NCBI GenBank assembly: GCA_030704615.1
Contig: CM060732.1
Coordinates: forward strand, 20,398,001-20,462,000
Source: Takakia lepidozioides
Taxonomy: Eukaryota; Plantae; Bryophyta
DNA length: 64,000 nucleotides
Direction of reading: 5' to 3'
Of the stretch, positions 47,818 through 58,835 are shown in pieces. Within the stretch, counting starts at the first letter, position 1, and every line of letters begins with the position of its first letter. The notes below the pieces were generated by a model that saw only the letters and a list, made by a program, of their open reading frames with translations, was not told where the DNA came from and did not search any database. The position numbers and the translations under genes were made by a program.

Positions 47818-50800
47818 TTGTTTTGCCCGCCCTGGTCATATATGCTGGGCCTAGCGACAAGTGCTCCATACTCTGTTCGTAACACTGGTGCAGCCCGTGA
47901 CTGCTCTTGCGGTTCAACATGCAAATCATGCTGCAAGGGTTTGTCATGGATATCACTGTACCCCTTCAACTTATTGGCATTGACTCTTCCCAGCATTTCT
48001 TTGTTAATGGTTTGTAACATGGCGGTGTTGTTATCATACATCTTTTGTATGACATAAGGTCCTTTCCATGGTGATTTAAGCTTAGAAGCTTGAATCTTTC
48101 CTTTCTTCTGCAACCATAGAACCAAATCCCCCGTCTTAAAAGTCTTTAACTTGCCTTCATCAAACTGTTCCTTTCGCTTCATCTGAATTCTGGTCATATT
48201 ATCAGCTGCATCAGCACGTACTTCTTCCACATGGTATAATTCATGTTTCCTGACCTTGATGGAGTCTTGCAATTCCATTCTTTTTCCCCACTCCGTTCTC
48301 ATGGTAGGTAACAGGAATTCCACTGGAAGTAAGGCTTCCATACCATAAACTAATTGGAATGGTGTATACTTAGTGGTGACTTTATATGAAGTCCTGTATG
48401 ACCACAAAGCTGTCAGCAGCTTTGTATCCCAATCCGTTCTGTTTGCATTGACTATCTTAGCCAAGATAGTACATAGTATTTTGTTGGTAGCCTCTGCCTG
48501 CCCATTACCCTGTGGGTAATATGTTGTACTCTTTCTATGCACAATCATAAACTCTTTAGTCAACAACTCAATGGTCTCATTCATGAAGTGACTTCCCTGA
48601 TCACTGATAAATTCTAAGGGACAGCCAAATCGTGTAAGTATGTTCTCGTACAGGAACCTTGCTGTGGACTTGGCAATGTTGTCCCTCAAAGCTTTAGCTT
48701 CCACCCACTTTGTAGTATAATCAGTGGCTGTAATTATGTACCTGTTTCGTGTATTCTTGGATGGTGGGTTAATTGGTCCAACAAAGTCTAGTCCCCATTT
48801 CTGAAATGGTTCCGTAGGCATTGTAGGATGCAAGGCCATCCTTCCAGATCTTGCAAAGGTCCTAGCCTCTGACATTCATCACACTTCTGACAATACTCGT
48901 GTACATCTTTGAACAAAGTAGGCCACCAGTATCCTGCGAGTAGTATCTTCCTACTGGTAGTCTCTTCTCCAAAATGACCTCCAGCCACTCCTTTATGAAC
49001 TTCCGCCAAAACTTTATTTACTTCATGGTGGTACAAGCATCGTTTTAGTACTCCATCAGGTCCTAACTTATACATTCTGCTTCCTACCATAGTATAAGGT
49101 AAAGCTTTGATAGCGATTCTCTTCCTCTGCTCCTTACCATAACTAGGTGGGCACTGACCATGAGCAAGGTAGTATCTGATTGGCCACTGCCAATCTAACC
49201 AGTCATCTGCACTTCCCTGCACCTCCACTGCAAAGAGACTCGCATCTGGTAATTGATCATCTATTCCTGTGGCTGGTTCTCCTGTTGACAATCGTGACAA
49301 ATGATCCGCCACAAGATGTAGTCTCCCAGGCTTGTAAACAACCTCGAACTCAAACTCGTGCAAGATTATCAACCATCTTGCTATTCTTCCGCTTATCAGA
49401 GGTTTGTTTACCAGGTATATCAGAGCCTGGTGATCCACATAGAACATAAACTTCTTGCCCAACAGGTAATGCCTGAATTTCTTCACTGCATAGATCATTG
49501 CCAATGCTTCTCTTTCCGTTGTGCTATAGTTCCTCTCAGCACTGTTCATCAACCGGCTAGCATAGTACACACGGTGAATCTATATTCCTGTAACATTCTG
49601 GGCTAACACCGCTCCCAACGCTTCTCCTGATGCATCGCAGTGAACATGGAATACTACATGCCAGTGAGGGTTAATCAGCACAGGTGTAGTTGTTACTGAC
49701 AGTGTAAGTTCCTCAAATGCCTGTTGACATTCAGCTGTCCAAGCAAACACTGCATCTTTCTTCAGTAGTTTGCTCAATGGTGCTGCTATTTGTGCATACC
49801 TTTTGACAAATCTCCTGTAATAACTGGTTTGCCCAAGGAATCTTCGTAGACTTTTAACATTCACTGGTGGTGGAGAGGCTTTAATGGACTCTGTCTTTCT
49901 GGGATCCACAAGGAGTCCCTTCTTACACACAATGTGTCCCAGAAGCACCCCTGAGTTCACACAGAAAGTACACTTCTCTGGATTCAGGCCCAGACCTCTC
50001 ATCCTGCATCTGGCCAAACATAATTCCAATTTATGCAAGTGCTCATTCTTAGAGCTGTACACACTGAAATCATCCAAGAATACCTGCATGAAATCATCCA
50101 GATACTCATGAAAAGATTCACTTATCACTCTCTGAAAGGTCGCTGGTGCATTACAAAGTCCAAAGGGCATGACTTTGTATGCATAAGCCCCCCAGTCTGT
50201 GATGAAAGCTGTTTTCCCTTGGACTTCTTCTGCCACTTGCACTTGATTATAACCACTGAAGCCATCCATGAATGAGTACATCTCATGGCCTGCCACAGTG
50301 TCTAATACTGCTTCTATGAATGACAAAGGGAAAGGATCTTTCTTCGTACAAGCATTCAGCTTCTTATAGTTCACACATACTCTTAGTTTGCCATTCTTAT
50401 TGGGAACTATAACAATGGGTGACAACCAAGTTGTATACTCTATTGGGTATATAAACTTAGCCTCAGCCAACTTCTTTATCTCTTCTCCAACCTTCTGTGC
50501 GTAGTTGGGATTCATTCTATACCTCGCCTGCTTGATTGGTACTGATCCTGGTTCTAGTTCAATCTTATGCTGACAGACTTCAGGTGGTATCCCTTTTAGA
50601 TCCTCATAGCTCCAAGCAAATACATCTCTGTATTTGATGAACAAGCTTTTAGCTTCTTCGAAGAATTCCGGCTCCAAATCAGCTCTTACTTTCACTATCC
50701 TCGGTTCCTCTTTAGTTCCCACATTCACTTCCCTCACCTGCTCATCAGCTGTGATTGTCCAACCAGTCACCACTTCATCCTGTAAGCTCACAGTGGCTGG

Positions 50801-51694
50801 TTCTTCTAGGATTTCTATTTCTCCTTCTCTTTCTTCATAGAATTGTGATGGGTAAATGCTGGTTTCCTCTTCAGTTGGTGTTGCTGTCACTACACCACAG
50901 CAGATACCTTTCAAACAACTTAGGCTTTCCAGCCGCATCTCTGCAACCTGCTCCCACTCTGGGTGTGCAGCAAATAGGGTAGCTTCCTGCTCCTCATCCA
51001 ATCCTCCTTTCCAGTCATACTCTCTGACTCCTCGAGGTCTTCTTGTAGCAGGTAATCTACTAGATTTCTTTGTGGTAATTTGTATCTCGTGTATCCCATT
51101 ATGCACGGTTAGTAACTGATAATTCCAGTCATGGAATACCCTGGCCTGTTTCAGCCACGGACGTCCCAATAATAAGGAGTAAGCCTCCATGACTTCATCC
51201 ATTTTCAACACAGTTACTGTGATCATAAAGATCATCTTCTGTATCTGTATCTTAACTCCTCTTATTAATCCCAATGGCTATACACTTCTTTGATCTGCCA
51301 TTGTTACTGTAAATGGGGCTGGTTTCATGTTAGTTAGACCAAGCTTCTTCCTTAATTGGTCTGTCATGATATTTACTCCAGAACCACCATCTATCAGTAC
51401 ATCAGTTAGTTCTGTGCTTCCAATTCTCAATTGGATTACTGACATAGAATCATCAAAGTCCATGACTGTTTCTCGCCCTTCCGGCTTCACATTATAACTG
51501 GTCACCTTGCTGTTCAGGTCTGTGTTTCCTGTCTCTTGGGCAATTCGATTGATTGCTTGATACAGCCTGTGCCTACAATAAGGTGCCACAGCTAATAGCT
51601 GTCCAATGGTAATTTCTGCTTTGGTCTGGCATATTACTTCAGCCAAAGTCTCTTCATTACTTTGCATGTCTGCAACTCCCTTCTTTTTCTCCAT
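47652..51694 (-). pseudogene. pol (PR-RT-RNase H-integrase) of gypsy element 3, a few stops/frameshifts
   Basis: LIDGGSGVN; MDGFSGYNQ, FLDDFSV; HCDASG, NYSTTEREALA; WGLDFVGP, SDQGSHF, YYPQGNGQAE; GPY. Confidence 0.95.
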
Positions 51695-53933
51695 CCGAAT
51701 CAGAGGAATCTGCCACAGGAATATCAGTACTCTTTTGCATTTCCCTTATAGTATCTGCCACTTCCTTGTGCAGTTCCTTCTCATCTTTCCAAGTCTCTTC
51801 ATCTTCAGGCATATCATTGCCACTTCCATTATCATCTTCTTCCTCTTCTACTGGAGGTATTAGTTTGGCTTTACTTCTTGTTACTATCATTGTACTTACT
51901 TCTGGTACAACACATGGCCTAACCATGTGAGCTGCCACCACTGGGCCCTCATTCACAGGAGCTCTCATCTCATTCTGGTGTCTTATCCAGAATGAACAGG
52001 CTGCCTTGCGATGTCCTGGCTGATTACAATAGTAACATAGCTCTTCACCATTGGGTCCTCGCCCTTGGTCTGTTCTTGGATTATTTCTATAATCCTGATT
52101 CCCGGGCTGGTAATTCCCCCTTGGATTACCCTGATAGTTGCCTCTGGAATTTCCTTGGTAATTCCCTCTTGAATTACCTCTCCCTTCCATGCCATTGTTA
52201 TAACCACCAGACCTACCATAGTGGTCCTGATCATTGTTTCTTCTTGGCTGGGGCTGCACCTGATGCACCCTTACTTGCCTAGGTTCTCTTGCAGCTGTCC
52301 TTCTGTTGTAGTAACAATTCTCAGTAGAATGGTTATCCATTTTACAGATAGTACAGTGTTTCTCCTTCATGTGGCATTCTGTGGTGGTATGGCCTTCATT
52401 CTGGCACTTTGCACACCATACACCCTTCCTCCAATGTGTTGCAGCCTCTGTGGCATACTTCTTCAAGATTTCTTCCAATTTTTTTTCATAGTTATCCCTC
52501 TTCAACTTCTCCTTTCTCTTACTCTTTCTTTTTAGTTCTTGCTCTTCTTCTTCATCTGACTCATCCTCAGAGTCCTCATCTTCTTTTTTCTCTCTCCTGA
52601 GCATTCCCAATTGCTCAATTCTGTTTGCAGTTTCAAATGCCTCCTCCACTGTATTATGGGGTAACATATCCACTTTCTTTTGCAACTCTGGTCTTAGTCC
52701 ACTCACAAACCAAGTCTTCTGTAAACCGGGCGCTGGTACTGCAGCCAGCTTTTTCATCATCAATTCCATCTTCTCCATATACTCTTCAACAGTTTCATGC
52801 TTCTTCTGCTTCAGCTGTTGTAAACTTCCATACACTTCATCCTCAGTTTTACTTGTCCTGAACCTATTTCGAAATGCTGTATTCAAGCCATTCCAGGTTA
52901 GGAAATGATTATCAGGGAATCTTGCATACCATTCACTTGCTTTCTTGATAAGTGAACAAGGAAACAGTCTCATCTTGGCATCATCGCCATTCTCATTGTT
53001 CACTATACACATGTGCTCAAATTGGCTAATGTGTACATCGGGATCCCCTTTTCCTGAATATATTGGAAAGGGTGGTTTTGCCCGTGTTGGTTGTAACGCC
53101 ATCTGTGGCCCTACCTTCTGCCCACTGACAGGTGCTGGCACCCTTGCTGGTGCTGGTCCTTCTGGACCTGTTGTTTTTGTGGTGGATCTTCCACCAAGTG
53201 GTGGCCCTTGAGCACTCCCTGCTTCTGGCCCCACGATATTCACAGTATTCCCAGCTTCAGTTGCACTACTTCCCACACTCCCTGTCCCCCCAGAGCCAGA
53301 TCCAGGCAGCCCGCCTGATCCCCCTGAGCCGACACCTTCGTTGGCCTGTGATCCAAGTGCTCCACTTGATCCAGGTCCAACGGGTTGGGATGTCCTGGTT
53401 GTAGTCTCAACCTCAGCTGTTGGGTCTACTTCTTCATATTCTTCCTCTTCCAATTTCTTCTCTCTGTTTTCATCCTCCAAGTTCTGCCCTTGGGTTTCTT
53501 CTTCACTCATGTAACTCAACTGTAATGGTGTTGGAGAGTCTGAACTCTCCGTTGGCTCTGCCACATCCTCTTCTCCTTCTTCACCTTCTGCTTCAGAAAC
53601 TGGAGTTCCTGCTTTTGGTGTTCCATGCCAACTCTTATCAAAGATTTCTGTCAAGTCTTTTATCCAAGGATGTACCTCAGATCTTTCACCTCGTGATTGA
53701 TCTTCTTCCTGTACCAATTCCCTTAATCTTTCTTGCAAAGAAACAGAAGGAGTGGCATCCAACTCTAGTTCTTCCGGTATAGGTGATGCACTCTTTGATC
53801 TTAATGGTGTGAGAGGTCCAGATGATTCCCCTATGTCTATTCCTCTCTCCCAAAGATATGGATAATTAGCTTTCAGATAGCTTTCTCTTTTTGCTGAATA
53901 TCTCTGTCGTCTAGCTTCTCTTTCATCACTCAT
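51657..53933 (-). CDS. gag of gypsy element 3
   Basis: 758-aa ORF; YSGKGDPDVHI, capsid-like region, three CX2CX4HX4C knuckles. Confidence 0.9.
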   Translation of the reverse strand: MSDEREARRQRYSAKRESYLKANYPYLWERGIDIGESSGPLTPLRSKSASPIPEELELDATPSVSLQERLRELVQEEDQSRGERSEVHPWIKDLTEIFDKSWHGTPKAGTPVSEAEGEEGEEDVAEPTESSDSPTPLQLSYMSEEETQGQNLEDENREKKLEEEEYEEVDPTAEVETTTRTSQPVGPGSSGALGSQANEGVGSGGSGGLPGSGSGGTGSVGSSATEAGNTVNIVGPEAGSAQGPPLGGRSTTKTTGPEGPAPARVPAPVSGQKVGPQMALQPTRAKPPFPIYSGKGDPDVHISQFEHMCIVNNENGDDAKMRLFPCSLIKKASEWYARFPDNHFLTWNGLNTAFRNRFRTSKTEDEVYGSLQQLKQKKHETVEEYMEKMELMMKKLAAVPAPGLQKTWFVSGLRPELQKKVDMLPHNTVEEAFETANRIEQLGMLRREKKEDEDSEDESDEEEEQELKRKSKRKEKLKRDNYEKKLEEILKKYATEAATHWRKGVWCAKCQNEGHTTTECHMKEKHCTICKMDNHSTENCYYNRRTAAREPRQVRVHQVQPQPRRNNDQDHYGRSGGYNNGMEGRGNSRGNYQGNSRGNYQGNPRGNYQPGNQDYRNNPRTDQGRGPNGEELCYYCNQPGHRKAACSFWIRHQNEMRAPVNEGPVVAAHMVRPCVVPEVSTMIVTRSKAKLIPPVEEEEDDNGSGNDMPEDEETWKDEKELHKEVADTIREMQKSTDIPVADSSDSDGEKEGSCRHAK

Positions 53934-53954
53934 GTCCCATGTCTTTCATTTCTT

Positions 53955-54499
53955 TTAATGTGGCAATAACCAAAACTCTCTTCTGTAATATCTCTCGTAT
54001 ATGCCTGGGTTTCTTTCAAGCTTCAATGCACCCTTGGCTATACTTGAAGTCTCCGTTACCATATAACCATATGGCAAACAAGTCTGAAAAGCTGTTCTTG
54101 GTGTGAGTTTGATCCACAAAATATCCTTTGGAATCCAATTCTTTACCAGTACAAGCTCTTCATGCATATGAGTATAAACATTCACCTTTCTTTCTTCCCA
54201 GCCTTCAAACTCTACTCGTTTAATGGATAGCAATGCTATCACATAAACCAATGTTGGTAACCAACGTGCTCTTCCTCTACAGGCTACCTGATAAATCTTT
54301 ATCACTCCTTTCTCCAGACCCCATTCTGGATCAGCATCATGCACTCGTTAAGAATATTTTCTTTACAACCGTCTGGCAATTCCAAGAACCTTTGAAAGAA
54401 TTGTTTGGACAATCTTTCTTCCTTCGTTCCACAGGGAATTTGATTCACTTCAAATTCTTTAATGGTCCAACCACCATGATCCCACCAGATGCCTGTCAC
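53955..54499 (-). pseudogene. Small extra ORF between PBS and gag of gypsy 3 (frameshifted)
   Basis: Two overlapping sense ORFs (65 and 129 aa) fill the leader; no recognisable domain. Confidence 0.4.
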
Positions 54500-54520
54500 A
54501 TCTGGTTGTTCATGTCCAGG

Positions 54521-54538
54521 TCCCCAGTATGGTCGCCA
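54521..54538 (-). promoter_or_regulatory. Primer-binding site, probably tRNA-Arg type
   Basis: TGGCGACCATACTGGGGA two bases from the 5' LTR; similar to the TGGCGAC...CTGGGGA PBSs of Ogre/Tat-type elements. Confidence 0.65.
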
Positions 54539-54540
54539 AA

Positions 54541-55438
54541 TGTCGCGCGGCTTTTACTCACCCATCCCTTCGCTATTCGAGGCGGAAACTCCAAGATAGA
54601 AGAGTTGGAAATCTCTAAGTACTCAGCCCGCGCAGAACAATCAGTCATGACCTACAGCTAGTGTATCATGGGGGTGTTTCCTATTTGTTTCCCTTTTGGC
54701 ATTCATGTTAGCTATCTTACCATTGATAATTAAGTATCAGTTTGCTTTATCAATCTATTGGATTCCATCAACTCATCCATTCATTCCACAGCTTCACTCA
54801 GATCTCTCTACACAGTGTGATTGTATCGTAAAAGTATCCGATTATGATTTATCAGGTATCAGGCCGAAGCCATTGTGTCTCTAATCTGCTCTACAATATC
54901 ATTACAATTACAAGCCTTGCATATATCAAGCATCTACTCATCATCTCTCTATCTTCACTTCCGTTCTTCATCTCTGCCCGATCCCCTCTCCTCCATGACC
55001 AAGAAGTCCTCCTCCGAATGAATATCCCTAAATTCCCCCCCGTTTCTCCCTTTATCTTCTTCCTACCCGTGGTTCTAACCGTTTCCCTCACTAACCGTCG
55101 TCTGTGAACTAACATGTTCCCTTCGCAGGTGTTGTTCCCCACAGTCGTTCCCTGTCCCTGTCCTGCTCTCCGTTCCCTATGATCGTGACAGCTGTGTCAA
55201 GCTGTGACTGGCTGTGTGAAACTGTGACGGGCTGTGTTGGCTGTGTCGGCTGTGACGACTGTGACGGGCTGTGTTGGCTGTGTCGGCTGTGACGACTGTG
55301 ACGGGTTGTTTGTTGTAACCCCCCTCTACAGTGCGCTGCTGTCACCCCTAAGGCTCCTGTTGGTCTCAGTCTGTGCAAAAATTAAGGGTACCCTACAGAT
55401 CCCGTATAAGTGTCTAAGTCCCCGACAGTCCTCTAACA
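54541..55438 (-). repeat. 5' LTR of gypsy element 3
   Basis: Near-identical to 42358-43333; adjacent to the PBS. Confidence 0.95.
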
Positions 55439-56994
55439 GTTGTGCGCACCCGAGCGGAGAGCTCATCCATCCACCCTGCAGGGAGGGCCTTGCCTGAAAA
55501 TGACATCAAGCAGGTAATTTTTTTTCGCGTCTTCTTCGTGCAGCAATTGAGGGAATTCTTCCGTGTGCTGCAGAATTGCAGGAAGGTAAATTCTGGCTTG
55601 ATTGATTGATTGTCTTGATTGGTTTGCTTGTTTGAGCGAATGAAATTGCTTGTTTTTTGGGATTGGGGGTTTGATCCTGTTTTGATTTTGGGATTCATTC
55701 CAAGGGTTAGCAGATCCCTTAACGTAACTCCATTGTTTGATGCGCATTTCTTCATAGATTAGATATAATCTGTGGTTGGGAAATTTTAATTCCCTAAAAA
55801 CCCTAATCATAGTGATACGTCATCTGTACCCTTTCCCCTCTATATTTTTTTTGTCCATTCATACCGAGTACTATGGTTAGTACGCCCTCGCAACTCTATA
55901 ATAACCAAAACCTAATTTCAATGTTTGATGCTTAGTTAATTTATTACTTCCATTCTGGATACGTCGAAGTGGGGGATAATATGTCATGAATTGTTCTAGC
56001 TCTGGTAAAGACTCAAATTCCATACTTGTTTGTCCATTTACAGTTTTCTAAAACCCTAAAAAACCCTAAACCCTAAACCAAACTCCACTGTTTGATTCAC
56101 ATTCCCTCATATAAATTTTGATACAATCTGTGGTGGGATATTTCATTAACAAATTTTCATAGGTGCCAAGTCATTGTACACTTCCCATATTTTCTTTTCC
56201 ATTCATACCAAGTATATGTTTCAAATGTACCCCAGCAAACTCTTAACCTCAAAAACTAAAACTAATTCCAGCTTGGTTCAATGACTTTATAGCTGAATCT
56301 ACATGACATTCTTCCACAATATTTGATTGTTATATGAACCTTTGTGAATGATCCCTAAATATTTTGAAACATAATTCACATGTTTCATTGAAATCCAACC
56401 TTATTCCATTCAACGTTTTAATCCATCAATTGAAACGTGCAATACAGTTCTGGTACTACTATACTGTAAGCATGGTATGGATGTTCACTTTTCATTGTAC
56501 ATTATCTTCTGATCATCTTTTTATGTCATACATCTATCAATTTATTAATAACTTCATTCAATCGATCTGGTCTTTATAATTTTCTGATTTCTCATTCGAC
56601 TTACCATTCGATGTTACATGAATGGGATTGTGCAACTTCACAAGTTAAATGAACCAATATTCCACCATCGTATTATTATTTAATACCTGAATTAATTTTA
56701 ATTATGTTATATATTAAGTTTGGTCTGGATTTAAGCCAAAAGTCCGGAATTACTTAAAATAGGGTTATTGCTTATGAAAAGAAATTATGGAATTTTACTT
56801 TATTTATAAAAAAATCGGATTTCAGATTTGGCCCAAAAACAATTATGGAATTTATTTTATTTTATTTTATGAAAACGGGTATCCGCCGGCGCATACGATT
56901 TGAGGGCCACTCTCCCCTGTTTTGTTATAAAAATAATTTAAAAAATAACTGTTGTTTATGAAAACGTGTATGCGCCGGCGCATACAAAAATATG

Positions 56995-57607
56995 AGGGCC
57001 ACTGTCCCTGTTTTGTGGGAAAAAAAAAAAAAAAAACAAAACACATTGTAGCTTCCTCCAGTCATCCTCAAGTTCTTGTGGTGGAGATCAACACTTGGCA
57101 TAGACGCCCGAGCCATGAAGCTATTTGGACTTGGTGAACATGCATTGTGAATAGGATCTACATAACTATGCTGCAAACCTATCTGTTGCAATCCAGGATA
57201 GGTTTCTTCTCTGTGCAGCTCTGCCACTAGTTTGGATTACGCCCTTCGTAAAGATTTTCCAGCTTCTTTCCTTTGTATTCTTTGTATCCTTTGTATTTCC
57301 CTTAGGGATCTTCTGGAGCAAAATTTCCCGATGCCCCGCCTTACAGGGAAATGCCCCCGTACCTAATTAGCGGAAGTACCGAGGGACAGTGACTTCCCCT
57401 ATACATTTCCACGAGCCACAAACATCAATAGCGGGACCCGCCAAACTAACGTGGGTGCACCTATTCTTGTGTGGACGAAGGAATACTCTTATCATCGGTG
57501 GACTTACTATTCTTTCCCCAGAGAAACAAGCAAACAAACAGTCTATTTCTCTTACTGCTTCAGTATCTTTTTTTTTCCTTTTTTTGGAGAACAGGGACGG
57601 TGGCCCT
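56995..57607. mobile_element. Candidate MITE with 18-bp TIRs
   Basis: AGGGCCACTGTCCCTGTT (56995-57012) vs AACAGGGACGGTGGCCCT (57590-57607), one mismatch, A/T runs inside; no clear TSD. Confidence 0.45.
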
Positions 57608-58835
57608 GGATGGAAACTTTATCCGTATCTGTATCTTATCCGTACCGTACGTCGTAGTTCAATAGTCGGGATTCCTTCATTTTTCACTAAATTTTGGAGA
57701 TGATTCTTGTTCATCCCTAATCTGCCCTATAGATACTGCAGATTGAATTCGTCCATCCATTCGTTCAACCGGAAAAATAATCGAAGCAAATTAATTTATT
57801 TGTAATTGGTTCCCTTCAGATAATCAAGGAATCATCACGTAAGGCATAGAAGAATGATTCTACGCCGTACAACGGAATGGATGAATGTCAATACCTTTTT
57901 TCCTCATCCGTTCCAACAGTGCCACTGGGCATGTTGTGTTGGGTGTGAGGGGGGGGATCTGCGATGCGCTCGTCTTTCTCGACTCGCGAGTCTGCGCGCT
58001 TCCTCTCTTCTTTCCTAAAATCTCACTTCACTATCTCCATCGCCGTCCCTCGCTACCAACAAGCGCTGTACAACATTCTCTGAATTTTCGTCTCAGAAAC
58101 GGCTCATTTCAAGCGCGATTGTCTTCGAAGTGGCTGCGTGGAGCTGCTGGATTAACAGCAATTGTTTTCCCTTTCTACTGTGCAACAATTTCACTGTGCC
58201 CTCCCAAATTTGAGTAAGAGTTCCGCCCGAATATCCTAGAGCCTATGTTCATGACAACCCGTCTGGTCGCTGATCCAAGTTCAGTTTCGGGGACTGCTCT
58301 TTTCTGAGTGTTGATTGGAGGCTCGCAAACGTATTTTGCATCCCATAGCCCCATTCACCTGTCTCGTCTCAATTCAATCTTCGCTGTGGCCATTCTCAGC
58401 GGCGAAATCATTAGATTCAGCACGTGTCCTGTATGTCAGAGAGAATTGTGAGAGACCTAGCAACTTGTCATGTCTGTCAGAGAAAGATAATAATCTCTTT
58501 GGTCTGTAGTCGATGTGGTACGAGAGGCCGTTACCTGCAATCCATGCCATCTCTTTCTCTCTCACTCTCACTCCTCTCTCTCTCCTTATGAAGGACAATT
58601 TTGTGGCCCATCATCACCCACGGCTACAGTGGGGATGAACTATCACTCACGGTTAGCAGCCTTCTCGTAAGGTTTTGCTGTTAATTCTAGCTCAAGCGCC
58701 GTTTTTTCGGTTTGATACTCTCTTTCGGTTCTGTGTAGTTGGTAAGTTTCGTGCTGTAGCCTCTGGGCCTTCCGCGGACGTATTATATAACTTTCTGTTT
58801 CCTTCTCCCTGCCTATCTCTCTCTCTCTTCAGGAA

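Larger units (their letters stand above)
42358..55438 (-). mobile_element. Full-length Ty3/gypsy (non-chromovirus) LTR retrotransposon 3 with extra ORFs
   Basis: LTRs 42358-43333 and 54541-55438; PBS TGGCGACCATACTGGGGA (54538-54521); PPT at 43336-43350; gag-PR-RT-RH-INT then a long extra ORF. Confidence 0.95.

Noticed and set aside
44342-53782. Many short plus-strand ORFs over gypsy 3
   Set aside because: Antisense shadows of gag, pol and the extra ORF
56045-56080. Telomeric AAACCCT repeats
   Set aside because: Only about three degenerate units; common telo-box-like motif
8281-56760. ~20-bp inverted similarity (ATTTTAAGTAAATCTGGACT at 8281 vs 56741-56760) as TIRs of a huge element
   Set aside because: Short, AT-rich, does not extend, no TSD
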